Below are positions 10,413 through 20,693 of a DNA stretch of 64,000 bases, in pieces. The translations under genes were made by a program, and so were the position numbers. The notes beneath the pieces were generated by a model that ran no database searches, was not told the origin of the DNA, and was given only the letters and a program-made list of their open reading frames with translations. This DNA comes from an uncultured Acidobacteriota bacterium. GTDB lineage: Bacteria > Acidobacteriota > Vicinamibacteria > Vicinamibacterales > 2-12-FULL-66-21. Position 1 is the stretch's first letter. Each line of letters starts with the position of its first letter. Location: NCBI GenBank assembly GCA_963742265.1, contig CAVULC010000004.1, positions 84,733 through 148,732 on the forward strand, in the 5' to 3' direction.

Positions 10413-13217
10413 ATGCGATTTTTGTTCACGTTGATCGTGGCCGCACTTGCCGCGAACAGTGGTTCCGCGGCTTATGCGGGCCAGCTTCCGGCGGCGCCGG
10501 CCGCCCCGCCACAGGCCCAGGCCGCGCCTGCCGCAGCGGCCGAACAGCCCTTGACGCTTCCGGCGAACGTCTGCGGACTCGACGTGCCGGCGCCCGCCGC
10601 AGCCCCCCCGGCAGGTACTCCGCCGGTGATGTACATCAACCTGCTCTGTTTTGAAAAGCAGGGTGGCGTGCCGGTCATCGAGGGTGAAACGTACCTCTAC
10701 TACATCGAGCTGAAGAATCACGTCAGCGTTCCGTCCGCGAACAAATGGGTGCCTTACACGGATGAAATCGAGCAGGTCGATCCTCGCCGACTTCAGGCGC
10801 CTGTGGGCGACCAACTTCCTCGACGACCTGTCGATCGACGTCCGCGACGTCGCGCTCCCCAACGGGGTGACCGGCAAGCTGGTCATCTACAACATGGAGG
10901 AGCGTCAGCGGATCAAGATCGTCGACTACATCGCCGAAGGTGATTCGAAGATCGACCAGGCGAAGATCGACGAAGAGCTGAAGAAGCGGGGGATCAACCT
11001 GCGGCTCGATTCGTTCATCGATCCGGGACTCGTTCGCCGTGTCTCAGGCGTTGTGCGCGAGGTGTATGCCGAGAAGGGATACATGTTCGCCGACGTCAAG
11101 CCGACGATCAAGGAAGTCGCCGGCGGTCCGAAGCTGGTGCACCTGACGTTCAACGTGAATGAAGGCCCGCAAGGTCCGATCCGCGAAGTCGATTTCGTCG
11201 GCAACAAGGCGATGGACGACGGGGATCTTCGCAAGCGGCTGAAGGAGAACAAGTCGAAGGGGTGGTTGTCGTTCATCAAGGGCGGCGGCACCTACAAGGA
11301 AGACAAGTTCGAAGAAGATGCCGACGCCGTGGTCGGCTTCTACCGCGACCGCGGGTTCATCACCGCGCGCGTCGGACAGCCCGAGCTGAAGGTGCTCGAG
11401 GACGAGAAGGACGGCAAGACCCGCTGGGTGCAGCTGCGCATTCCGGTCACGGAAGGCAACAAGTACAAGATCGGGAACTTCACCTTCGAAGGCAACACCA
11501 TCGTCAAGTCGGAGGCGCTCCAGACGCTGTTCAAGATGAACACGGGCGACCTCTACGAAGAGAAGAAGATCAAGAAGGGGCTGGAAAAGGCTCGCGAGGT
11601 CTACGGCGCGGGAGGCTATTACGAGTTCACCGCCTATCCCGACCTGTCGCCGCGCGACATCCCCACAGCAGACGGCGCCGGCGACGGCGCCAACGGTCCG
11701 CCTGCGCCGGCAGCCGCCCCTGAGCCAGTCCAGCAAGACGGCCGAGCCCGTCGTCGACGTGACGATGCGGGTGCAGGAGGGGAAGCAGTACTTCGTCAAT
11801 CGCATCACTTTCCTCGGCAACACTACGACGCGCGACAACGTCATTCGGCGCGAGATCCGGCTGGTCGAGTCTGGCGTGTTCAATACCGAGGCGCTGAAGC
11901 AGTCGGTCCGCCGGCTGAATCAGCTCGGCTACTTCAAACCGCTCGAGGGTAACGAAGCGATTTCCGTCGAGAAGACACCAGGCGCCGACAACAAGATCGA
12001 CGTCGAAGCTGAAGTTCGAGGAGCAGAATCGAAACCAGCTGACGTTCGGCGCCGGTGTTTCCCAGTTCGAAGGGTTCTTCGGGCAGCTGTCGTTCCAGAC
12101 GTCGAATTTCCTCGGACGTGGTGAGACGTTCACGATCTCGGCGCAGCAGGGGAGCCGCGCCAAGAACTACCAGATGGCATTCTCCGAGCCGTTCCTGTTC
12201 GACCGGCCGATGACAGCCGGCGTCGACGTCTACAGCCGCGAGTACGCAGTACGTCGGCCTCTACACGCAGGACTCGATCGGCGGGAACCTGGTCTACGGG
12301 TTCCAGGTCCAGGACTTCGCGCGGATGTTCATCAACTACAGCCTCGAGCGGACGCAGGTGAAGGACCTGAATCCGGCGTTCCTGAGCCCGCAGGTGCTCG
12401 CCGGCAACCCGTTCCTGCGCGATTCGCTCGTGCTCGGCGAAGGTAACCGGCGGATCATCAGCAAGATCGGTCCGAGCTACGTCTACAACACGGTCGACCA
12501 CCCGATCTTCCCGAACACCGGCGCGCGCTACACGCTGTCGTTCGACGTCGCGGGTCTCGGTGGCAACACGAAGTTCGTCAATCCCCGCGCCGAAGCGATC
12601 CGCTACTTCCAGCACACGCAAGCGCACGTCGCTCGGGCTCCGCGCCCAGGCCGAATACATCCGTCAGTACGGCAACACGCATCGCCCTGCCGATCTTCGA
12701 GAAGCTGTTCCTCGGCGGCGAGTACAGCATCCGCGGCTTCGATCTGCGAACCATCGGTCCTCGCGACTCTGTTTCCGGCGTCGTGCTCGGCGGCAACAAG
12801 AGCCTGCTGTTCAACGCTGAATACCTGATCTCGATCGCCGGTCCGGTCCGGCTCGTGCTCTTCGCCGATACCGGCCAGGTCCGCGATGCGGGCGACAAGT
12901 TCGGCTTGAAGCAGAACGTCTACGAGACTCAGTTCGCCCCAGCCGACAGTCCGTACACCATCACCGATCCGTTCGGGTCCGGGCGTGCTGAGAGACCCGA
13001 GTGTCGATCCGGCCGATCTCCGCAGCGGGTCAAGGTCGGTGAGCTGAGCGCGTTCAAGTCGTCGATCGGCGCCGAAATCCGCTTCTTCATGCCGGTGCTG
13101 AACGTGCCGTTCCGCCTGATTTTCGCGGCCAATCCGAGCCGCGGTGGCGTGCTCGATAACAATCTGCAGCCCGAGAAGAAGTGGAAGTTCCGGTTTGCGG
13201 TAGGCTCGACGTTCTAG
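10413..13217 (+). CDS. bamA: outer membrane protein assembly factor BamA (several apparent indel frameshifts)
   Basis: Signal peptide, POTRA repeats (FLGNTTTRDNVIRRE, RRLNQLGYF), barrel IRGF motif and C-terminal FAVGSTF, spread over ORFs 10413, 10762, 11759, 12325 and 12783. Confidence 0.92.
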
Positions 13218-13230
13218 TACTTAGAGCTTC

Positions 13231-13263
13231 GCTGTCAGCGGGGGAGCTGACAGCTGATAGCTG
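13231..13263. repeat. AGCTG-family heptamer repeat / hairpin
   Basis: GCTGTCAGC-6nt-GCTGACAGC TGATAGCTG, just after the bamA stop. Confidence 0.65.
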
Positions 13264-13284
13264 TTTTTGAAAGGGACTAGTTTC

Positions 13285-13959
13285 ATGAAGGTGTTTCAGA
13301 AGACGTTTTCCGTGGCAGTGATCGGGATGTTGTTCGGTGCTCCGGCGTTCGCGCAGACCACTCCACCGCAGACGCCGCCGGCGACCCCACCGGCAGCCCA
13401 GACGCCGCCCGCGCAGACGCCTGCGGCCCCGGCCGGTCAGAAACCAGCGCCCGCCGACGATGCCGGCGCAGCCGCCGAAGCCGTTCCCGGAGGGTGCCAA
13501 GATCGCGTACGTCGACATCCAGATGATCGCCAGCAACTCGGCCGAGGGGAAGGCCGCGTCGGCCAAGATCCAGGAATGGGAGAAGAAGAAGACCGCGGAA
13601 CTGGCCGAGAAGAACAAGGCAGGCGCAGGCGCTTCAGACCAAGCTTCAGCAGGGTGGCAACGTGCTGAGCGAGTCGGCCCGGGCGCAGAGCGAAAAGGAG
13701 CTGCAGAAGCTGCAGCGCGAGCTGCAGGCCCTGCAGGAGGACGCCCAGCAGGAGCGCCAGGAGCTGACCGCGCAGCTCCAGGGTGAGTTCCAGGAGAAGC
13801 TGAACCCGATCATCGAGCAGGTCGCCACCGAGAAGAACCTGCAGGTGGTCTTCAGCGTTCGCGATCTCCGGCATCGTCTGGGCCTACAGCGGCATCGACC
13901 TCTCGGCCGAAGTCATCAAGCGCTTCGACGCGGCTTCGAAGGCTGCGCCGAAGAAGTAG
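13285..13959 (+). CDS. skp: Skp/OmpH periplasmic chaperone (frameshifted)
   Basis: Signal peptide, [16 protein letters not shown], Gln/Glu coiled coil, [15 protein letters not shown] and [11 protein letters not shown]. Downstream of bamA. Confidence 0.88.
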
Positions 13960-15237
13960 TGTCGATCAACAGCGCTGCCCGCGCGGGCGATCAAATCCCC
14001 GAGACGCTCGAGCGTCTCTGCTACCGGTATCCGTCACCGCTGGTCGATGCGGTGACGGAACACGAGCCGGGCCGGCGCATGGTGGCGGTCAAGAACGTCA
14101 CCGTCAACGAAGACTTTTTCCAGGGACATTTTCCTGGCTCGCCGGTCATGCCGGGCGTGCTGATGATCGAGACGCTGGCCCAGGTCGCGACCGTGCTGCT
14201 GATGCACGACAGCGAAGGCCGCACGGCGACCGCGTCTTCCTGCGCGGCGTGGACAACGCCAAGTTCCGCCGCCAGGTCACGCCCGGCGACCGGCTGCGCC
14301 TCGAGGTGACGCTCGGTCCGAGCCGCGCGCAAGCTTGCCCGCGCCAAGGCGCAGGCCTTCGTCGACGACTACCTCGTGGCCGAGGCGGAACTGGTCATGG
14401 GGCTCGTCAGCCGGCCGGGCGGCGGCAATCGATCGTCCGCTGATCGATCCCACTGCGGTCGTTCATCCTGCAGCGCGCATCGGCCTCGGAACGAGAGTCG
14501 GGCCGCATGTCGTCGTCGGCGAGCACGTGAAGATCGGCCGCAACTGCCGCATCGGTGCGTCGACGGTGATCGACGGCTGGACCGAGATCGGCGACGACAA
14601 CGAGATCTTCCCGCTCGCGTCGATCGGGCTGATCCCGCAGGATCTCAAGTACAGGCGGGAACTGACGCGGCTGTCGATCGGCCACCGGAACGTGATCCGC
14701 GAGTTCGTGACGATCCACCGCGGCACCGGCGGCGGCGGGTGGCGTGACCGAGATCGGCGACAACAACGTGTTCATGGCCTACGCGCACGTCGCCCACGAC
14801 TGCCATGTCGGCAACTCGATCGATCTTCGGCAACGGTGCGACGCTTGGCGGTCACGTGACGGTCGAGGATTTCGCGACGATCAGCGCCTTCTCCGGCGTC
14901 CACCAGTTCTGCCGCGTCGGGCCAGCACGCGTTCATCGGCGGTTATTCGGTCGTCACCAAGGACGCGCTGCCGTACGCGAAGACGGTCGGTAACCGCGCC
15001 CGGATCTACGGGCTGAACACCATCGGCCTGGTGCGGCGGAAGTTCTCGCCGGATTCGATCGACCAAGCTGCGCCGTGCCTATCGCGATCCTGCTGCACTC
15101 GAATACCAGCCGCGCGATCGCCCAGATCGAGACCGACCCGACGCTGCAGTGCGCGGAGGTTCAGTACGTGCGTCGAACTTCATCAAGTCGTCGAACGCGA
15201 GGCGTGGCGGTTGCGCGGTGGCCGAGCCGGCGCTTGA
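13959..15237 (+). CDS. lpxA: FabZ-LpxA: 3-hydroxyacyl-ACP dehydratase domain followed by UDP-GlcNAc acyltransferase, apparently fused (frameshifted, end approximate)
   Basis: FabZ motifs [25 protein letters not shown] and [13 protein letters not shown]. LpxA hexapeptides [31 protein letters not shown] and VHQFCR. Confidence 0.85.
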
Positions 15238-15317
15238 AGAAGTGCCGACGGAAAGTGATCAACCTTCAGAATCACGCTACTGGAAGATCTGACACTGATT
15301 ACTGACTATCGATTACG

Positions 15318-15739
15318 TCACGGGTGTACGACCGTCAGTCGGTAGTCGAGCGACGCGGTTAGCTTGCCGACGTCGTAGATCCGCGCGCAGAGCGGCCCGC
15401 GCCGGAGACGCTGCCGATACCGCGTTGCCCTGGACCGCGTCGTCCTTGGCGATCACGGTCTGACAGCTCGGTCCCGTTCCACGTTCCGAGGCTGAATCCG
15501 GCCACGACGGTGCTGTCAGGAGTGACCTCTGCGAGCGTCACCGTGACCGTGCCCGATCGCGCTCACCGCGAAGGTGTGCGTCGCGGCGCCGTTGATGTTG
15601 ATGTTTCCGGTGAACGTATCGGTAACGCGTCGGAGTCGGCGGCGCCGTCGGCGGCGTCGCGTTCTCGACCTCGTTGTCGCAGCCGCCGCGAGCGAACATC
15701 GCCGCCAGCTACCAGGATTCCCCTAAGCGTTCGTCGCAT
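15318..15739 (-). CDS. putative small lipoprotein, beta-sandwich-like (frameshifted)
   Basis: Rebuilt across frames: MRRTLRGIL..GCDNE lipobox, FTGNININGAATHTF, VTLAEVTPDS..GFSLGTWNG, CARIYDVG..YRLTVVHP*. Confidence 0.55.
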
Positions 15740-15829
15740 TCCTTCTGACCTCACTGTCTGATAAACTCTCAATCGCTGACGCTTCGGTGGACAGGTCCGC
15801 CGACCTTTAGACGCCGCACGATAGCCTAC

Positions 15830-16671
15830 TTGGCCCGCATAGGCATCATCGCCGGCAACGGCAGGTTTCCGTTTCTCGCGCTCCAGGGGGCGCGCAGCCT
15901 CGGCCACGACGTCACCGTCGTCGCCGTCAAGGAAGAAGCGTTTCCTGAACTGGAGCAGGCGGCCCGTGATGCGAACGCGAGCTACCACTCGGTCTCGCTC
16001 GGCCACCTCGGCAAGTGTATCAAGATTCTCAAGGACGACGGCGTGTCGCAGGCCGTGATGGCCGGGCAGGTCAAGCACGCGAAGATCTTTTCGGGAATCG
16101 TCCCGGACATGACCCTGTTCGCTGTCCTCACCCGCCTCAAGTCGCGGAACACCGACGCGCTGATCTCGCGCGGTCGCCGACGTCATGCGCGATCACGGCA
16201 TCGAGCTGCTCGATTCGACCGCATTTCTCGGCACCGCTCCTTGCCGGCGCGGGGCTCGCTGACCACGGCGGTCGCCGACGGAAGCCGAGCAGACGGATTT
16301 CGAATTCGGTTACGGCGTTGCCGACGCGATCGCCGGGCTCGACGTCGGCCAGACGATCGTCGTGAAGGACAAGGCGGTTGTGGCGGTGGAGGCGATGGAA
16401 GGTACCGACGAGGTGATTGCGCGAGCGGGCAGGCTCGCCGGTGCGAGGCGTCCGGGTCGTGAAGGTGGCCAAGCCGAAGCAGGACATGCGGTTCGACGTG
16501 CCGGTGATCGGCGTCGCCACTATCGAGCGATGACGAGCCGCCGGGGCGACGGCGATGTCGATCGATGCGGAACGGACGCTGGTGATCGACGGCGAGCACG
16601 TCTTCGCGCGCCGCCGACGACGGCGGGCATCGCCATTATCGGACGTGCCACGGAGCGCGCAGCGTGGCTGA
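15830..16671 (+). CDS. lpxI: UDP-2,3-diacylglucosamine diphosphatase LpxI (frameshifted)
   Basis: Motifs [41 protein letters not shown] and [14 protein letters not shown]. Confidence 0.9.
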
Positions 16672-17596
16672 GGCGATCAGGGTCGGCCGTGATCGGCGTC
16701 GGCCATCTTGGCACGCCACCATGCCCGGATCCTCGGATCGCTCGACGGCGCGACTCTCGCCGCCGTGGTCGATACATCAACGCGACCGCGCGCCGCAGAC
16801 GCTGGCGGCACGGCCGGCGCGGCCGTGTTGAGCGACTATCGCGAGCTGCTTGCGGGCGACGGTCGACGCGGTCAGTCGTCGCCGTCCCGACCGAGCTGCA
16901 CCACGACGTGGCGCTGCCGTTTCTCGAGCGCGGGAATGCGGTCCTCGTCGAGAAGCCGATGGCGCGGACGCTCGCAGAGGCGGACGAGTCTGATCGCGGC
17001 CGCGACGAGCGTCCGGCGCGACCCTCGCGGTTGGCCAGACCGAGCGCTACAACCCCGCGGTCGCCGCCGTGATGCCGCTGGTCACCTCGCCGCGGTTCAT
17101 CGAAGTCCATCGGCTCGGAGTCTTTCCCGGACCGCAGCCTCGATATCGACGTCGTGTTCGACCTGATGATCCACGACCTCGATATCGATCGCGCTCGCTG
17201 GTCCGTTCACCGTGACATCGATCGAGGCGGTCGGCGTGCCGGTGCTGACGCCGAAGTTCGATATTGCGAACGCGCGGCTCCGTTTCGAGTCCGGGTGCAT
17301 TGCCAACCTGACCGCGAGTCGGATCAGCCGCGACCGGGTCCGCAAGATCCGCTTCTTCCAGCCCGATGCGTACATTTCGATCGACTACGCGGCGCAGGAA
17401 GTCGAAGGCTGGCGGCTGGTCCGCCGCGACGGCGCGCGCCCGTCGATCGAAGGGGGCGCGCTGCCGGTCGAGAAGGACGAACCGCTGCGCCGCGAGCTCG
17501 CGGACTTCGTGCGGCGCAGTGCGCGACGAAGTCGAGGCCGCTGGTGACGGACAAGCCGGACGCGCGGCATTCGAGCTCGCGACCCGGATTGCGTGA
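16664..17596 (+). CDS. Gfo/Idh/MocA oxidoreductase, GnnA-like (frameshifted, end approximate)
   Basis: Motifs [41 protein letters not shown] and ANLTASRIS. Confidence 0.85.
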
Positions 17597-17633
17597 GAAG
17601 ATGGAAAGCGTTCCGTCGCAGCTGCATTCTACG

Positions 17634-19089
17634 ATGTTCAAAGACCTGAACGAATTCATCGCCGCACTGGACCGCGAGCGTCAGCTCGCCCGGATCACCG
17701 AGCCGGTCAACCCGGATCTCGAGATTGCGGCCGTCACCGACCGCGTGTCCAAATCGCCCGGCGGTGGACCCGCACTGCTGTTCGAAAATCCCACGGGCTA
17801 CGACATGCCGGTCGCAATCAACCTGTTCGGCTCGATGCGGCGGATGTGCATGGCGCTCGGCGTCGAGACACTCGACGACCTGGCCCGAGATGTCGAGGAG
17901 CTCACGTCACCCAGGTTGCCATCGGGCATCTTCGACGCCATGAAGATGCTGCCCACGGTGAGCCGGCTCAAGGACGCGTTGCCGAAAACCGTGAAGGACG
18001 GCCCGTGTCAGGAAGTGGTCCGCAAGGACGGCTCACTCGATGACATCCCGATCCTGAAGTGCTGGCCTGGCGATGGCGGTCGATACATTACGCTGCCACT
18101 CGTGTTCACGCGATGATCCCGAGACCGGCATGCGCAACATCGGCACCTATCGCATGCAGGTGTTCGATGGCCGCAGCACCGGCATGCACTGGCAGCGACA
18201 CAAAGGTGGGGCGCAGCATTACCGCGTGGCGGAACGGCTGAACAAACGCATGCCGGTCGCCGTGGCGCTTGGACCGGATCCGGCCCTCGCGTACGCGGCC
18301 ACGGCGCCCATGCCCGAAGGCCTCGACGAACTGATGCTCGCAGGCTTTCTCCGCCGTGACCGCGTCGAGATGGTGAAGTGCGTGACCCAGGACATGGAAG
18401 TTCCGGCAAACGCACAGATCGTCCTCGAGGGCTATGTCGATCCGGGCGAGCGCCGACGCGAAGGGCCGTTCGGCGATCACACCGGGTTCTACTCGCATCC
18501 GGACGATTACCCGGTGTTCCACCTCACCTGCATCACGCATCGCAAAAATCCCGTGTACCTGACCACCGTCGTCGGGATCCCGCCGATGGAAGATTTCTAT
18601 CTGGGGAAGGCGAGCGAGCGCGTGTTCCTCCCGCTGATCAGGAAGACATTGCCCGAGATCGTCGACATGAGTTTTCCGGCGGCCGGGATCTTCCACAATA
18701 TCGTCATCATCTCGATCGACAAGCGGTACCCGGGCCACGCCCGCAAGATCATGAATGCGTGCTGGGGTCTTGGGCAGTTGATGTTCTCGAAGACGGTGAT
18801 CGTGGTCGACAAGGACGTCGACGTCCAGAATCACGACGAAGTCGCGTGGATCGTCGGCACCCACTACGACCCCGAGCGCGACATCCAGTTCACGCGCGGA
18901 CCGGTTGACGATCTCGAAGACGCGAGCGACCTGCCGGCCTATGGCAGCAAAATGGGCATAGACGCCACGCGCAAGTGGCCGTCGGAGGGGTTCACGCGCA
19001 ACTGGCCGAAGAAGATTTCGACCACGCAGGCGGCCACCGTGAAGGCCGACGAGATGTGGCAGAAGATCAGCAAGGGATGGAAGGTATGA
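17634..19089 (+). CDS. UbiD-family menaquinone biosynthesis decarboxylase (MqnL-like, one frameshift near 18110)
   Basis: Motifs PALLFENP, WPGDGGRYIT, EGPFGDHTGFY and GSKMGIDATRK. Confidence 0.9.
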
Positions 19090-19908
19090 CGCCGGAGCAG
19101 CTCCTCGACACGCCGGACCTGATCGCCGCCGGTGCCGTCGGGAGACGATATGCGCCGGCACATGCACGGGCTGCGGACGACGTTTGTCCGCGTGTTCGAA
19201 ATCCACGTCGATGCGCCGCCACAGGTGTTGCCGCCGAGGACGCATGCCGGTGAGTTCCGCCTCGTTGGACGGCCGGCGAACCTCGACGCGCTGATCACGT
19301 CGGCGCGTGCCGCGGTGGCGCTGGCGGGCGACGTCCCGGTAACCATCGGCTCGATGAAGGATCTCGTCGGCCTGCCCGTCCCGATTAGAACTGTGTGTGA
19401 CGCTCTGAAGGCCGCCGGTGTCGCCGCGATCGCCCAGTTGCCCTTCGACGCGATCGATGACGTCGAGCTGGTCGCAAGTGACGCACTGGCTTCCGGCCTC
19501 CGGATCCTGACCCTCTCGATCGAAACGCTGGAGGACCGCCGGCTCGAGACATGTCATCGTGCATTCGACCTCCAGATGGCGTTAGGTGGATTCCACGCAT
19601 TCGCGCCGCTGCCGAGGACCACGTCGGTGAGCAGGCCGTCGACCGGGTATGACGACGTCAAGCAGGTGGCACTCGCACGCCTGGTCGTCACCAACATTCC
19701 GTCGATCCAGGTCGATTGGTCACTGCATGGGCCCAAGCTCGCGCAGGTCGCTCTCACCGTCGGTGCCGACGATGTCGACAACGTTGCTGCGGCGGACCCC
19801 GGGATCCTCGGTACGCGGCGTAGCCCGCTCGAAGAAATCAAGGGCAACATCAAGGCGGCGGCGCTCGAGCCGTCCGAGCGCGACGGGTTGTTCCGCGAAC
19901 GTTCATGA
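19086..19908 (+). CDS. MqnE/CofH-like protein lacking the CxxxCxxC radical-SAM motif (one frameshift near the start)
   Basis: C-terminal TGYDDVKQVALARLVVTNIPSIQVDW...GPKLAQVAL..GADD...ERDG matches the MqnE/CofH C-terminal domain. Confidence 0.7.
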
Positions 19909-20693
19909 GACCGATACGACTTGGTGCGGTCGCGTATCTGAATGCGCGTCCGCTTGTGTACGGGCTCGAGCAGCGTTCGGACCTCTTCACCGTTGAATTC
20001 GATCCACCGTCGCGATGCGCGGCAAGGCTCCATGAGCATTCGATCGACGTCGGGATGATCCCAACGATCGAGTATTGCCGCGGACCGGAATACCGCATCG
20101 TTCCCGGAATGGGCATCGTTTCCGACGGACCGGTTGCATCCGTCGCGTTGTTCACGCGGAAGCCGCTGGAGGCGATTGCAACGGTTGCGGCAGACACGAG
20201 CTCGCGGACGTCCAACGCGCTCCTGCGGATCCTGTGTGCCGAACGATTCGGCATCTCACCCGAGTTTCGTCCAATGGCGCCCGACGCAGAACGCATGCTG
20301 ACCGAGTGCGATGCCGCCTTGATCATCGGCGACCCCGCACTGTTCTTCGATCTGGTGGACGTCCAGAAGATCGACCTCGGCGAGCACTGGACCGCGATGA
20401 CCGGCCTCCCGTTCGTCTGGGCATTCTGGGCCGGCCGTTCGGACGCGTTGGACGTTGGCGCGGTGCAGGCATTGGTCCAGGCACGCGACCAGGGCGTCGA
20501 CGCATCGGACCAGCTGGCGGCGGAGTATTGTGGCCCGGCGCGAGCCTCGGTGGGACAGGCCTATCTGAGGCAGAATATTCAGTATCAGTTAGGCGAGCGT
20601 GAGGAGGCCGGGTTGCGACGCTATTACGCGCTCGCAGCGACGCACGGCCTGATCGACGCGCCGCGGGAGCCGCTCTTTTACCCGGCACAATGA
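19905..20693 (+). CDS. mqnA: chorismate dehydratase (futalosine pathway)
   Basis: Motifs GAVAYLNARPL, SDGPVASV, SSRTS..LL, ALIIGDPAL and DLGEHW..MTGLPFVWA.W. Confidence 0.92.
   Translation: MRPIRLGAVAYLNARPLVYGLEQRSDLFTVEFDPPSRCAARLHEHSIDVGMIPTIEYCRGPEYRIVPGMGIVSDGPVASVALFTRKPLEAIATVAADTSSRTSNALLRILCAERFGISPEFRPMAPDAERMLTECDAALIIGDPALFFDLVDVQKIDLGEHWTAMTGLPFVWAFWAGRSDALDVGAVQALVQARDQGVDASDQLAAEYCGPARASVGQAYLRQNIQYQLGEREEAGLRRYYALAATHGLIDAPREPLFYPAQ

Noticed and set aside
17154-18116. Oxidoreductase-UbiD fusion
   Set aside because: The ORF is a mosaic of shifted frames. The UbiD protein has its own ATG at 17634 (MFKDLNEFI).
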